DNA from: Escherichia phage DT57C
Direction: 5' to 3' (one strand)
Sequence record: NC_027356.1
Length of the DNA: 64,000 nt
Position 1 is the stretch's first letter. Each line of letters opens with the position of its first letter. Positions 9,736-19,857 of the stretch are shown one piece after another. Both the position numbers and the translations under genes were made by a program. The notes below the pieces were generated by a model. It worked only from the letters and a program-made list of their open reading frames with translations. It was not told the DNA's origin and ran no database searches.

Positions 9736-10699
9736 TGTAAAAGGCTTTATTAAGCGTTGTCAAGAAGCATATTATCAAGGCATGTCTTTAATCTCTGATG
9801 AAGAATATGATCGCCTAGTAAAACGCTTCCCGTTAGAGGAAGAGATCGGGCCTAAGGGTGATATTCCACATCTGTACCGTATGTATTCTTTACAGAAAGT
9901 TTATTATAATCGTGGAGATAAACCCCCATTTAACCCATTAGGTCAAGTAGAAACTGATAAGTTAGATGGTTGTGCAATTTCCTTATTATATATTAATGGC
10001 GAATTTGTTCAAGCATTAACTCGTGGTAACGGTATTCTAGGTAATGATGTCACAAGCAACGTAAGATTGCTGAACATCCCTAAAAAGATTTCTCAAAAAG
10101 TACCTACTCAAATCACTGGTGAAGTTCTAATTACAAAAGAAGTAGAAAATAAACGTAACTTTGCCTCTGGTGCTATTAACCTCAAAGATAGTGATGATTT
10201 CGTACAGCGTATCGGGGAAGGTGGTTTAATCTTCGTTGCATACGGTATCCAGTGTTCTGCTGAATCTGTAGGTATTACAGAAGCGTATTTAAAAGATATG
10301 CTTTGGCTAGAGAATGAGAACTTCTTAACAGTTGTTAATGTACGTTCCTTCTTTAAATGGATTCCAACGGACGGTAAAGTTGTTCGTATTAATGATAACA
10401 ACAAATTCTTCCGTGAAGGCTGGACTAATAAATTTCCTCGCGGTGCATTTGCTATTAAAGAGGATGAAGAAGGTGAGACTACAACTCTTACTAAAGTTGA
10501 ATGGAATGTAGGGGCTTCTGGTAAAGTAACTCCAGTCGGTTATTTTGAACCAGTAATTATTGATGATGCTACAATTGTTAAAGCGACTCTTAATAACGTT
10601 GATTATATTAACTCTCTCGATCTAGAGATCGGTTGCCAGATTCGAGTGATTCGTGCTGGTGGTGTAATCCCGTGCATAGTAGAGCGAGTTTACGATTAA
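9725..10699 (+). CDS. NAD-dependent DNA ligase, subunit A (adenylation domain)
   Basis: 324 aa; KxDG adenylation motif (DKLDGCA) and OB-fold region; stops before the Zn/HhH/BRCT half. Confidence 0.85.
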   Translation: MMNNVKGFIKRCQEAYYQGMSLISDEEYDRLVKRFPLEEEIGPKGDIPHLYRMYSLQKVYYNRGDKPPFNPLGQVETDKLDGCAISLLYINGEFVQALTRGNGILGNDVTSNVRLLNIPKKISQKVPTQITGEVLITKEVENKRNFASGAINLKDSDDFVQRIGEGGLIFVAYGIQCSAESVGITEAYLKDMLWLENENFLTVVNVRSFFKWIPTDGKVVRINDNNKFFREGWTNKFPRGAFAIKEDEEGETTTLTKVEWNVGASGKVTPVGYFEPVIIDDATIVKATLNNVDYINSLDLEIGCQIRVIRAGGVIPCIVERVYD

Positions 10700-10749
10700 T
10701 ACATAACCCTTTGCTACCCCTCTACCATATCGGAATTATAAAGTGGTTA

Positions 10750-10778
10750 TTGACATTTTCGCCGCTTAGGTATATACT
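10750..10778 (+). promoter_or_regulatory. sigma70 promoter inside the ligase intergenic region
   Basis: TTGACA, 17 bp, TATACT. Confidence 0.55.
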
Positions 10779-10842
10779 ATTATCATTCAGTTGAGGGATA
10801 GAAAGTTATGGCGAGGGTAAGCAAAGTTAGTTAAAATTGTAG

Positions 10843-10871
10843 TTGCTAAATGCTTAAATACTTGCTATAAT
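10843..10871 (+). promoter_or_regulatory. T5-type sigma70 promoter upstream of ligase subunit B
   Basis: TTGCTA, 17 bp, TATAAT. Confidence 0.6.
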
Positions 10872-10901
10872 ATTTATATAAATTGATAAGGAAGAAATTT
10901 G

Positions 10902-11681
10902 ATGAAAATCGAAATTCCAACACAATGTCCCTCTTGTGGTTCTAAGCTAGATCTTGTCAACGGACAATTATTCTGTCGTAATAAGTCCAACTGTCCAGCG
11001 CAATCAAGTAAGTTAATTGAGAACTTCTGTTCAAAAATGAAGTTAAAGGGCTTTGGCCCGAAAACTATTGAGAAGCTGGAGCTGACGAAGATTTCAGAAC
11101 TATTTTACCTAACCGAAGAAGATTTGGTTAGAGCCGTGGGTAGCAAGGTTGCCGCTAAGTTAATTAGCGAATTAAATACTAAAGTTCGCGGAGACATTGA
11201 CTTTGGTTCAGTTCTCGGTTCTTTAGGAATCCCTCTAATTGGAGAGGTTGCAGCAAAGAAATTATCCCAAAATTGCACTAGCTTCCACGATGTGAAGGCT
11301 GACGGCAAGGCTGGAGAAAACTATAAAGCCTGGCTAAATTCCCCACAAGGCAAGGATGTTATCGAATTACCGTGGAAATTCTCAAATGGTATTAAAGGTG
11401 CTAAAGCTGACATCATCATTACAGATGAATTAGTTGCCCCGCCAAATGGAATCACGGTGTGTATTACCGGATCTTTGCAAGATTTTGCAAATCGAACGGA
11501 TGCAACAAACTATCTAGAAGGTCTAGGGTATACTGTTAAAAAATCAGTTACCAAAGACGTTAAATACCTCATCTGTGAGGATGAATCTAAGCGTTCTTCC
11601 TCATCTTATAAGAAAGCCGAAACGAATGGGATAGAAATCCTGTCGATTAAAGAACTATTGGAGAAAAATAATAATGTCTAA
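10902..11681 (+). CDS. NAD-dependent DNA ligase, subunit B (Zn-finger, HhH, BRCT)
   Basis: CPSCGS...C..KSNCPAQ zinc finger; HhH-like GFGPKT; C-terminal BRCT-like region; ATG at 10902. Confidence 0.85.
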   Translation: MKIEIPTQCPSCGSKLDLVNGQLFCRNKSNCPAQSSKLIENFCSKMKLKGFGPKTIEKLELTKISELFYLTEEDLVRAVGSKVAAKLISELNTKVRGDIDFGSVLGSLGIPLIGEVAAKKLSQNCTSFHDVKADGKAGENYKAWLNSPQGKDVIELPWKFSNGIKGAKADIIITDELVAPPNGITVCITGSLQDFANRTDATNYLEGLGYTVKKSVTKDVKYLICEDESKRSSSSYKKAETNGIEILSIKELLEKNNNV

Positions 11682-12441
11682 ACTGAACTGGAACGTAGAA
11701 GGTGTAACCGAGTCTCTGAAAGCAAAAGCCACTGCTCTGGGTGTTGCTGTAATCTCTCAAGAACAAGTAGCTGCTATCGCTGCTGAACTGGCTGCTGAAA
11801 CTGGCAAAGACGTTACCGCTCGCTCTGTTGGCTCTAAGCTGCGTAAAGAAGGTTTCGAAGTACAGAAAGCTAACGAAGTACAGAAATCCCCGTGGACTCC
11901 TGAGCAGGAAGCTGAACTGGTTGATTTCCTGAACTCTCATGCTGGTCAGTATACTTATGCTGAAATCGCTGCTGCTGTAGCTGGTGGTCAGTTCGGTGCT
12001 AAACAGGTACAGGGTAAGATCCTGAGTCTGGAAATGACCGCCTCTGTTAAACCAACTGAAAAAGCTGCTGCTGTTCGTTCCTTCACTCCGGATGAAGAAA
12101 CTGATTTTGTTAATCAGGTTGTTGCTGGTGCTACTATTGAAGCTATCGCTGCCCACTTCGGTCGCAATATTAAGCAGATCCGTGGTAAAGCTCTGAGTCT
12201 GCTTCGTGAAGGTCGTATCGCCGCTATGCCGGTACAGGAAACTTCAAGTGCTAAAACTCGTGAAGATCTGCTAGAAGGTCTGGATCTGGCTAACATGACT
12301 GTTGCTGAGATCGCTGAGAAAACTGGTAAGTCTGAGCGCGGTGTTAAATCTATGCTGTCTCGTCGTGGTCTGGTTGCTAAGGACTATGATGGTGCCGCTA
12401 AGCGTGCTAAACTGGATGCAAAAGCTGCGGCTGCTGAATAA
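11674..12441 (+). CDS. D5-like repeat protein; putative DNA-binding replication protein
   Basis: 255 aa with four copies of an approx. 40-aa module; strongly host-like codon usage; sits between ligase and helicase-primase-polymerase, where T5 D5 lies (from memory). Confidence 0.55.
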   Translation: MSKLNWNVEGVTESLKAKATALGVAVISQEQVAAIAAELAAETGKDVTARSVGSKLRKEGFEVQKANEVQKSPWTPEQEAELVDFLNSHAGQYTYAEIAAAVAGGQFGAKQVQGKILSLEMTASVKPTEKAAAVRSFTPDEETDFVNQVVAGATIEAIAAHFGRNIKQIRGKALSLLREGRIAAMPVQETSSAKTREDLLEGLDLANMTVAEIAEKTGKSERGVKSMLSRRGLVAKDYDGAAKRAKLDAKAAAAE

Positions 12442-12460
12442 TCTGGTAAATTAAACCTAA

Positions 12461-12490
12461 GGGGAGGGGGCTATGCTCCTTCCCCTTTTT
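12461..12490 (+). terminator. rho-independent terminator
   Basis: GGGGAGGG/CCTTCCCC stem plus TTTTT. Confidence 0.55.
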
Positions 12491-12523
12491 GCATTTAGAA
12501 GGCACGAAAGCGTGCAAAGGAGA

Positions 12524-13996
12524 ATGACCTTGTTTAACGTGCAAGCTGTAGTGTTGAAGATGCTTCTAGCTTCCGAACAGAAGCAAATAGCATTGGAAAC
12601 ATTCTCAAAACTGCATAAAGATCATTTTAATGACGCTTTCTCCTCAATTTACCAAGCCGTCCAGAATTATTATAAAAAGTATAACACAATGCCGTCCATT
12701 GACGCACTGATGCTTGAGGCTAATAGGAACGCCCGCCTTTCTCAAGCTCTAGTCGTTTTAGCTAACACTCAAATTCCAGAAGTTAGCATGGAACAGGCAC
12801 TTGAAGTCCTAGAGGCCGAGTATACACAGGATTTATTCCTGAAGCTTCTAGAAACAGACGTGCTTCAAGATTTAACAATGCTGGATCAGGGAGAAATTCT
12901 TAACCGAGTTGCCTCCCTTCACTTAAAATTAGAAGAGAAAGTAACGAATACTGGAAAAGTATTCAACGCAGATAACATGCGTATTTTCCAGAGAGAAGAA
13001 GATACCAAACTGAACTTAATCGCTCTTGGTATTTGTAATGAGTTCGACGCTCAAATTGGTTTAGCTCGCACAGAAACGTTACTGCTTGGTGGTTGGCGTG
13101 GTACTGGTAAATCCATTATCTGTTCAAACATACAGGTTCAGCAATATTTGAATGGAGATATTGCTCCATACTTCTCAATTGAGATGAAAGAACATGAAGT
13201 ATTTAGACGTAATCTAGCTATGTTAGCTGGTGTATCAGCACTAGCAATGCGTAATAATACTCTAGAAGGTGCAGCTCTGTTGAGATTAGCCAGAACTAGA
13301 GCTAGGATGTTTAACGGTGGTGAAGAGCTTTTCGATAACTTCGTTAAACAGTATACAATGGCTAAGATGTGTGATTTCTACGATATGGAAAGTAAGCTAA
13401 TAGAAGGGTATGAGCTACATACTCCTATGATTATTGTTTATGATCCTGAGCTGTCTATTACAACAGTTGACGTAGAATTAAATAAATTAGTTGCTAGATA
13501 TGGGGATAAAGTTACAGTAGCTTTACTAGACTATATTAACCAAACCCGACTTCCAGACTCTAAAACCATTGATATGTATGACTGGAAAGAACAGATGGTT
13601 GTTAGCTCGTCTTTCAAATCTATCTGCCAGAAACATAACGTGGCTGGTGTAGCTCCTTACCAGATCGATCAAGATGGTAGAACACGTATGTCGAAGGGGA
13701 TTCTTGATTCCGCAGACATGGCTGCTAATCTTAATGCTGCAAAAGCTGATAATGGTCAAGGTGCTATTATGTTTGACTTCGTTAAGACTCGGTCTTCTGA
13801 TAGCGTGAAGTTTATGCCTAAAATGAACTGGGAAACCCTGCGGATGGATAACACTACCAACCTAGCAATGGAAGATATATCTCAAATGGAAGCTGAGTTC
13901 GTTATCCCTATTGAGAAGGATAAGCCGGCTCAATCTAAACGTGCTAAGAAAGACAAAGCTGAAAATTCAACAGGTGAACAGGCCAGCGATATATGA
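12524..13996 (+). CDS. replicative DNA helicase (DnaB-like)
   Basis: Walker A GWRGTGKS, SxEM-like FSIEM, Walker B LLDYIN; track ORF opens at 12473 inside the terminator hairpin, so start moved to the ATG at 12524 (start uncertain). Confidence 0.75.
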   Translation: MTLFNVQAVVLKMLLASEQKQIALETFSKLHKDHFNDAFSSIYQAVQNYYKKYNTMPSIDALMLEANRNARLSQALVVLANTQIPEVSMEQALEVLEAEYTQDLFLKLLETDVLQDLTMLDQGEILNRVASLHLKLEEKVTNTGKVFNADNMRIFQREEDTKLNLIALGICNEFDAQIGLARTETLLLGGWRGTGKSIICSNIQVQQYLNGDIAPYFSIEMKEHEVFRRNLAMLAGVSALAMRNNTLEGAALLRLARTRARMFNGGEELFDNFVKQYTMAKMCDFYDMESKLIEGYELHTPMIIVYDPELSITTVDVELNKLVARYGDKVTVALLDYINQTRLPDSKTIDMYDWKEQMVVSSSFKSICQKHNVAGVAPYQIDQDGRTRMSKGILDSADMAANLNAAKADNGQGAIMFDFVKTRSSDSVKFMPKMNWETLRMDNTTNLAMEDISQMEAEFVIPIEKDKPAQSKRAKKDKAENSTGEQASDI

Positions 13997-14883
13997 GTAG
14001 AATAACAGAACTACTTGATCTGAAAGGCATTGAGTATAAAGACACAGGTGGGGACATCCTCATCTGTTGTCTCAACCCAGATCATGACGATAAACACCCA
14101 AGTTTGCGTATTGACCCTGAAACAGGTATTATGCACTGCTTGAGTTGTGGCTTCGGTAAAGGTATACCGAGCATTTACCATTATTTTAATGAGACTCAGT
14201 ACCGACAGTCCCCAAGACTATCCCAAGTACGTAAAAAGATTTCAGAGATTAGAAATGGATCTACAAATCTTGCAATCCCAGAATCTGCTTTTCTTTTTGA
14301 AGGTGATTTCCGGGGTATCAGTTCTAAGACCTTAAAGAAATATTTTGCTTTCCAACACCAAGAGGACTGGGAGGGCAGAATTGTATTCCCAATCACAGAT
14401 GCTGTTGGACGCAATATCCTATTTTTGGGTCGTTCTATAAACAGTTCTGCCCCTCCTAAATACTTAGTAAAACCAAAACAAGTTTCACCACCAATTTTCC
14501 CTGTACGATATAATACTCCAGTTCTTATTCTAGTTGAAGGCATCTTTGATATGCTGAAGCTAGAGGATAATGGTATAGACTATGCTTCCTGCTGCTTTGG
14601 TACACATCAGTTTACTTCTGATAACATTGCAGATAAGTTCAGTCCTTATATTATTGCCGGCGTAAAAGTTGTTGTTATCTTACTAGATAATGATGCTTCT
14701 GGTAATAAAGCTGCACAAGCACTGGCCAAGCTAATTCGTACAAAAACACGTTTAACACCTGTAGTTGCTAACTTTCTTCTGCCTGAAGGTAAAGACCCTG
14801 GTGACTTAAATAAAGAAGAAGTCGATACGTTAGCAAAACGTATTGAAATTTTAGTTGCTGAATCACTTAAAGATTTGGTATAA
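13993..14883 (+). CDS. DNA primase (DnaG-like: zinc finger + TOPRIM)
   Basis: CHC2-type zinc finger CC..H...H....HCLSCG; TOPRIM LVEGIFDMLKLED and LLDNDASG. Confidence 0.8.
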   Translation: MSRITELLDLKGIEYKDTGGDILICCLNPDHDDKHPSLRIDPETGIMHCLSCGFGKGIPSIYHYFNETQYRQSPRLSQVRKKISEIRNGSTNLAIPESAFLFEGDFRGISSKTLKKYFAFQHQEDWEGRIVFPITDAVGRNILFLGRSINSSAPPKYLVKPKQVSPPIFPVRYNTPVLILVEGIFDMLKLEDNGIDYASCCFGTHQFTSDNIADKFSPYIIAGVKVVVILLDNDASGNKAAQALAKLIRTKTRLTPVVANFLLPEGKDPGDLNKEEVDTLAKRIEILVAESLKDLV

Positions 14884-14945
14884 TATATTGGTAAGTTAGA
14901 GAAGAAACACTGAAGTTATACTTACTTACCAAGAGGAGATTAAAT

Positions 14946-17513
14946 TTGAAAATCGCAGTAGTTGATAAAGCTCTAAACAACACTCGTTACGATAAACATT
15001 TCCAGCTATACGGCGAGGAAGTTGATGTATTCCATATGTGTAACGAGAAGTTGTCCGGTCGTTTGCTCAAAAAGCATATTACTATCGGGACCCCGGAAAA
15101 CCCATTTGACCCGAATGATTATGATTTTGTTATACTGGTAGGTGCCGAACCTTTCCTGTACTTTGCGGGTAAGAAAGGTATTGGTGATTATACTGGTAAA
15201 CGTGTAGAGTATAATGGATATGCTAACTGGATTGCTAGTATCAGCCCAGCCCAGCTACACTTTAAACCTGAAATGAAACCAGTTTTTGATGCAACAGTAG
15301 AGAATATCCACGATATTATCAATGGTCGTGAGAAGATTGCAAAAGCTGGTGATTACCGTCCTATTACTGACCCTGACAAGGCAGAAGAATATATCAAGAT
15401 GGTGTATAATATGGTTATCGGACCTGTCGCATTCGACTCCGAAACCTCAGCACTATACTGTCGAGATGGTTATCTGCTTGGTGTTTCTATGTCTCACCAA
15501 GAGTATCAGGGTGTATATATCGATTCTGATTGTCTCACAGAAGTTGCAGTATATTATCTCCAGAAAATTCTGGATAGTGAAAACCATACTATTGTTTTTC
15601 ACAACTTGAAGTTTGATATGCACTTTTATAAGTACCATCTGGGACTTACTTTTGATAAAGCACATAAAGAACACAGGCTCCATGATACCATGTTGCAGCA
15701 TTATGTTCTAGATGAACGTCGTGGTACTCATGGCTTGAAATCTCTAGCAATGAAGTATACCGATATGGGTGACTATGACTTCGAACTAGATAAGTTCAAA
15801 GATGATTACTGCAAAGCACATAAAATCAAGAAAGAAGATTTCACCTATGATTTGATTCCATTTGATATTATGTGGCCTTACGCTGCAAAGGATACAGATG
15901 CTACCCTACGTTTACACAACTTCTTTTTACCAAAAATTGAGAAGAATGAAAAACTTTGCAGTCTGTATTACGATGTTCTAATGCCTGGTTGTGTATTCCT
16001 ACAGCGTGTCGAAGATCGTGGCGCACCTATCTCTATTGATCGTTTGAAAGAAGCTCAGTATCAATTGACTCATAATTTGAATAAAGCCCGTGAGAAACTG
16101 TACACTTATCCAGAAGTTAAACAGCTAGAACAAGATCAGAATGAAGCATTTAACCCGAACTCTGTTAAACAACTTCGTGTTCTTCTATTCGATTATGTTG
16201 GTTTGACTCCAACTGGTAAGTTAACGGATACTGGTGCAGATTCTACAAACGCAGAAGCTCTGAATGAACTGGCAACCCAGCATCCGATTGCTAAAACTCT
16301 TCTAGAGATTCGTAAGCTGACTAAGCTGATCTCTACTTATGTTGAGAAGATTCTACTGAGTATTGATGCAGATGGTTGCATTCGTACTGGTTTCCATGAA
16401 CATATGACTACTTCTGGTCGTCTGAGTTCTTCTGGTAAACTGAACCTGCAACAGTTACCACGTGATGAATCTATCATTAAGGGTTGTGTAGTTGCACCAC
16501 CTGGATACCGTGTAATCGCATGGGACTTAACAACTGCGGAAGTTTATTATGCTGCTGTTCTATCTGGTGATAGAAATATGCAACAAGTATTTATTAATAT
16601 GAGAAATGAACCTGATAAATACCCTGACTTCCACTCTAACATCGCTCACATGGTATTTAAATTGCAATGTGAACCTCGTGATGTTAAAAAGTTATTCCCA
16701 GCTCTGCGTCAAGCAGCTAAGGCAATTACCTTTGGTATTTTGTACGGTTCTGGCCCGGCTAAAGTAGCACATTCTGTTAACGAAGCATTGCTAGAACAAG
16801 CAGCCAAAACTGGGGAACCATTTGTTGAATGTACTGTTGCAGATGCTAAAGAGTACATTGAGACTTACTTTGGTCAATTCCCACAGCTTAAGCGTTGGAT
16901 TGATAAGTGCCACGATCAGATCAAGAATCATGGATTTATCTATAGTCACTTTGGTCGTAAACGTCGTCTGCATAATATCCACTCCGAAGACCGTGGTGTT
17001 CAGGGTGAAGAAATCCGTTCTGGATTTAACGCAATCATTCAGTCTGCTTCTTCTGATAGTCTCCTTTTAGGTGCTGTAGATGCAGATAATGAGATCATTT
17101 CTCTTGGCCTAGAACAAGAGATGAAGATTGTTATGCTGGTTCATGACTCCGTAGTTGCTATTGTTCGTGAAGACTTGATTGATCAATACAATGAAATCCT
17201 GATTCGTAATATTCAGAAAGACCGTGGTATCAGTATTCCTGGCTGTCCGATTGGTATTGATTCAGATTCTGAAGCTGGAGGTTCTCGTGACTATTCTTGT
17301 GGTAAGATGAAGAAACAGCACCCATCAATCGCTTGTATTGATGATGACGAATATACTCGTTACGTTAAAGAAATGCTTCTTGATTCTGAATTCGAGTATA
17401 AGAAATTAGCTGCAATGGATAAAGAGCATCCAGACCACAGCAAGTACAAGGATGATAAGTTTATTGCTGTATGTAAAGATCTGGATAACGTGAAAAGGGT
17501 TCTCGGTGCTTAA
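14946..17513 (+). CDS. DNA polymerase (family A, T5-type, with 3'-5' exonuclease domain)
   Basis: 855 aa; exo motif FDSETSAL; pol motifs RQAAKAITFGILYG and VHDSV; TTG start with RBS AAGAGGAGA. Confidence 0.9.
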   Translation: MKIAVVDKALNNTRYDKHFQLYGEEVDVFHMCNEKLSGRLLKKHITIGTPENPFDPNDYDFVILVGAEPFLYFAGKKGIGDYTGKRVEYNGYANWIASISPAQLHFKPEMKPVFDATVENIHDIINGREKIAKAGDYRPITDPDKAEEYIKMVYNMVIGPVAFDSETSALYCRDGYLLGVSMSHQEYQGVYIDSDCLTEVAVYYLQKILDSENHTIVFHNLKFDMHFYKYHLGLTFDKAHKEHRLHDTMLQHYVLDERRGTHGLKSLAMKYTDMGDYDFELDKFKDDYCKAHKIKKEDFTYDLIPFDIMWPYAAKDTDATLRLHNFFLPKIEKNEKLCSLYYDVLMPGCVFLQRVEDRGAPISIDRLKEAQYQLTHNLNKAREKLYTYPEVKQLEQDQNEAFNPNSVKQLRVLLFDYVGLTPTGKLTDTGADSTNAEALNELATQHPIAKTLLEIRKLTKLISTYVEKILLSIDADGCIRTGFHEHMTTSGRLSSSGKLNLQQLPRDESIIKGCVVAPPGYRVIAWDLTTAEVYYAAVLSGDRNMQQVFINMRNEPDKYPDFHSNIAHMVFKLQCEPRDVKKLFPALRQAAKAITFGILYGSGPAKVAHSVNEALLEQAAKTGEPFVECTVADAKEYIETYFGQFPQLKRWIDKCHDQIKNHGFIYSHFGRKRRLHNIHSEDRGVQGEEIRSGFNAIIQSASSDSLLLGAVDADNEIISLGLEQEMKIVMLVHDSVVAIVREDLIDQYNEILIRNIQKDRGISIPGCPIGIDSDSEAGGSRDYSCGKMKKQHPSIACIDDDEYTRYVKEMLLDSEFEYKKLAAMDKEHPDHSKYKDDKFIAVCKDLDNVKRVLGA

Positions 17514-18003
17514 TTTCAAATTGCCCGTCTATGCGTTACGGGCGTTTGTATCAATTGAGCAAGAAGGTGATTATTCCGTAATTACAACAAGATATAATAA
17601 ATATGTGCTAGATAACAGGAAGTTGCCTGGCACGTTTTCTCAACGTAGGCTTATTCTATTTGAGAAACGGAAAGAATTACCATATAAGCTCTATCCTATT
17701 AGAGGTAGAATATCAATGTTGTCTCAATTAGTTGGGTCAAAGCGTAACCAATTTGTAGATTCTGATGGAAATCTTATTAATTGGAAGAAAACTACGTTCT
17801 ATGATGTTGTCACCTCTAAAGTTTTGCATTCAGCTAGAATTTACAATGGAAAATACCAATGCTATGTGGCTAAAGTCCCTTATCCATTTGTATTATCCTA
17901 TGTTCCAGCTTATATAAGCTATATTCTGGTAAATAATAGCCCTGTTATTTATCAAGTCCATCAAGAGGAGCCTGAAATTCCTAGACTTAGAATAAAATTA
18001 TGA
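17506..18003 (+). CDS. hypothetical protein (165 aa)
   Basis: ORF between polymerase and helicase; GTG start; ATGA coupling to the next gene. Confidence 0.4.
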   Translation: MLNFKLPVYALRAFVSIEQEGDYSVITTRYNKYVLDNRKLPGTFSQRRLILFEKRKELPYKLYPIRGRISMLSQLVGSKRNQFVDSDGNLINWKKTTFYDVVTSKVLHSARIYNGKYQCYVAKVPYPFVLSYVPAYISYILVNNSPVIYQVHQEEPEIPRLRIKL

Positions 18004-19352
18004 AGGTTGTTATATCTAATAAAGCCTATTTCAAGCCCGATGATGAACTTTGGGATTATTGTAGTAAGCAAACCACTTACCACATAGAGACAATGACTAG
18101 TAAATACCCTATTATGTATAAGAATAGTGGTGTTGTTGCCAAAGAGATTAAGTGGATTCCTATTACACGTCTGGATTTACTAGATGCTAAAGGAATAAAA
18201 TACGAATTAGTTGATAAACGCACGTTAGCTCCGGTAGATATACCAAAACCGTCGTTTAAACTGCGTGAAGAAGATCAGCTTCCAATATATGAAGAATGCG
18301 ATGATACCTGCATTATTAATGGTAAGCCTGGGTTTGGTAAAACTATCCTAGCCCTTGCACTTGCGTATAAATTTGGCCAGAAAACTTTGGTAATCTGTAC
18401 GAATACATCCATTCGTGAAATGTGGGCAGCAGAAGTTCGTAAATGGTTTGGGTTTGAACCGGGCATCATAGGTTCTGGGAAATACAATATCGATCCACCA
18501 ATTGTAGTCAGTAATATTCAAACAGTGAATAAACATGCGAATAATCTTTCTAAAGTATTCGGTACTGTTATAGTTGATGAAGTTCACCATTGTGTGGCTA
18601 CAACTTTCACTAACTTCCTAGAAATATCATGTGCTCGCTATAAAATTGGACTATCTGGTACGTTAAAACGTAAGGATGGCTTGCAAGTTATGTTCAAAGA
18701 TTTCTTTGGATATAAAATATTTAGCCCGCCGGTTAATAATACTGTTGCACCTACAATCCATAGGTACTCCGTACCAGTTGAATTGTCTGGAAACCAAAAC
18801 GTACCGTGGGCATTACGTGCTAACGATGTGTATAACCACCCTGAATATCGAGGAGCTATTATAAACCTAGCACATTTATATGTGAATATGGGACATAAAG
18901 TACTCATTGTAAGTGATAGAACAGAGTTAATCCAAACAGTACTAGAAGCTCTTACGCAGCGGGGTGTCACAACATATGAAATTATAGGGGCAACCCACTT
19001 AGATGACCGATTAAAAATTCAGGAAGATATAGCAAAAGGTGGGCCTTGTGTACTTGCAGCAGCTCAAAGTATCTTCTCTGAGGGTATTTCCCTTAATGAG
19101 CTATCTTGTTTAATAATGGGAAGCCTCATTAATAATGAATCTCTCATTGAACAGCTTGCAGGCCGTGTTCAACGTATTGTCGAGGGTAAACTCGACCCTA
19201 TTGTTGTAGATCTAATTATGAAGGGTGGCACTGGGCTAAGACAGGCTTCTGGACGTATGGCAGTATATCGTAACAACGGGTGGAAAACTATTACTATGAC
19301 TCCAGAGAAAGCAGTTCAATTAGCTAAAATTGCATTTGGCAACAGCTCATAA
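18000..19352 (+). CDS. SF2 DNA helicase (D10-like)
   Basis: Walker A GKPGFGKT; DEVH box VDEVHH; helicase C-terminal motifs. Confidence 0.8.
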   Translation: MKVVISNKAYFKPDDELWDYCSKQTTYHIETMTSKYPIMYKNSGVVAKEIKWIPITRLDLLDAKGIKYELVDKRTLAPVDIPKPSFKLREEDQLPIYEECDDTCIINGKPGFGKTILALALAYKFGQKTLVICTNTSIREMWAAEVRKWFGFEPGIIGSGKYNIDPPIVVSNIQTVNKHANNLSKVFGTVIVDEVHHCVATTFTNFLEISCARYKIGLSGTLKRKDGLQVMFKDFFGYKIFSPPVNNTVAPTIHRYSVPVELSGNQNVPWALRANDVYNHPEYRGAIINLAHLYVNMGHKVLIVSDRTELIQTVLEALTQRGVTTYEIIGATHLDDRLKIQEDIAKGGPCVLAAAQSIFSEGISLNELSCLIMGSLINNESLIEQLAGRVQRIVEGKLDPIVVDLIMKGGTGLRQASGRMAVYRNNGWKTITMTPEKAVQLAKIAFGNSS

Positions 19353-19364
19353 ATGATGTATAAT
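19336..19364 (+). promoter_or_regulatory. sigma70 promoter (first of tandem pair)
   Basis: TTGGCA, 17 bp, TATAAT; followed by hairpin TTCGGA...TCCGAA at about 19392-19415. Confidence 0.5.
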
Positions 19365-19435
19365 ATATACATAAATTTGAGAGAGAAAGTTTCGGATTGA
19401 TAAGAAAGTCCGAAGCAGAAAAATAAAAATTTTAG

Positions 19436-19465
19436 TTGCTAAATTCTCTCGAAATCTAGTATAAT
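19436..19465 (+). promoter_or_regulatory. T5-type sigma70 promoter (second of tandem pair)
   Basis: TTGCTA, 18 bp, TATAAT, ATAAATTCGAGGAG. Confidence 0.55.
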
Positions 19466-19572
19466 ATATACATAAATTCGAGGAGAAAACAAAAATTAAA
19501 TTCTTCGATTATGAAAGGCTATATTTACTAGCTAGAGGAAATTCCGACCTAATTATTAAGCTATTCAAAAGA

Positions 19573-19857
19573 ATGCTTACAGAGCCTGATGCTCACCAAT
19601 TATTGGTCGGTTCCTCATTCATTTTGAATGAATCAACAATAGTTGATAATCCAAATAAATTGTCTAATAGACAACTGGCAGAATATCTAGGAATTTTAAG
19701 TCTACGAAATTATGCCGAATACAAGTTTACAAACGATCCTAGTTTGGACATACAATATGTTCCAGTATGGATACCACGTTTAGTAATCGACACTAACCCA
19801 CTAATCGCAATTAACAAATCGAAATTAATCTTTAAAGAGGAAATAAAATATGGCTAA
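19573..19857 (+). CDS. hypothetical protein (94 aa)
   Basis: ORF only; start uncertain. Confidence 0.3.
   Translation: MLTEPDAHQLLVGSSFILNESTIVDNPNKLSNRQLAEYLGILSLRNYAEYKFTNDPSLDIQYVPVWIPRLVIDTNPLIAINKSKLIFKEEIKYG

Noticed and set aside
12473-12523. Upstream start of the DnaB-like helicase ORF given by the six-frame track
   Set aside because: These codons lie within the terminator hairpin of the preceding gene; the ATG at 12524 is more plausible, though its RBS spacing is short and the true start remains uncertain.
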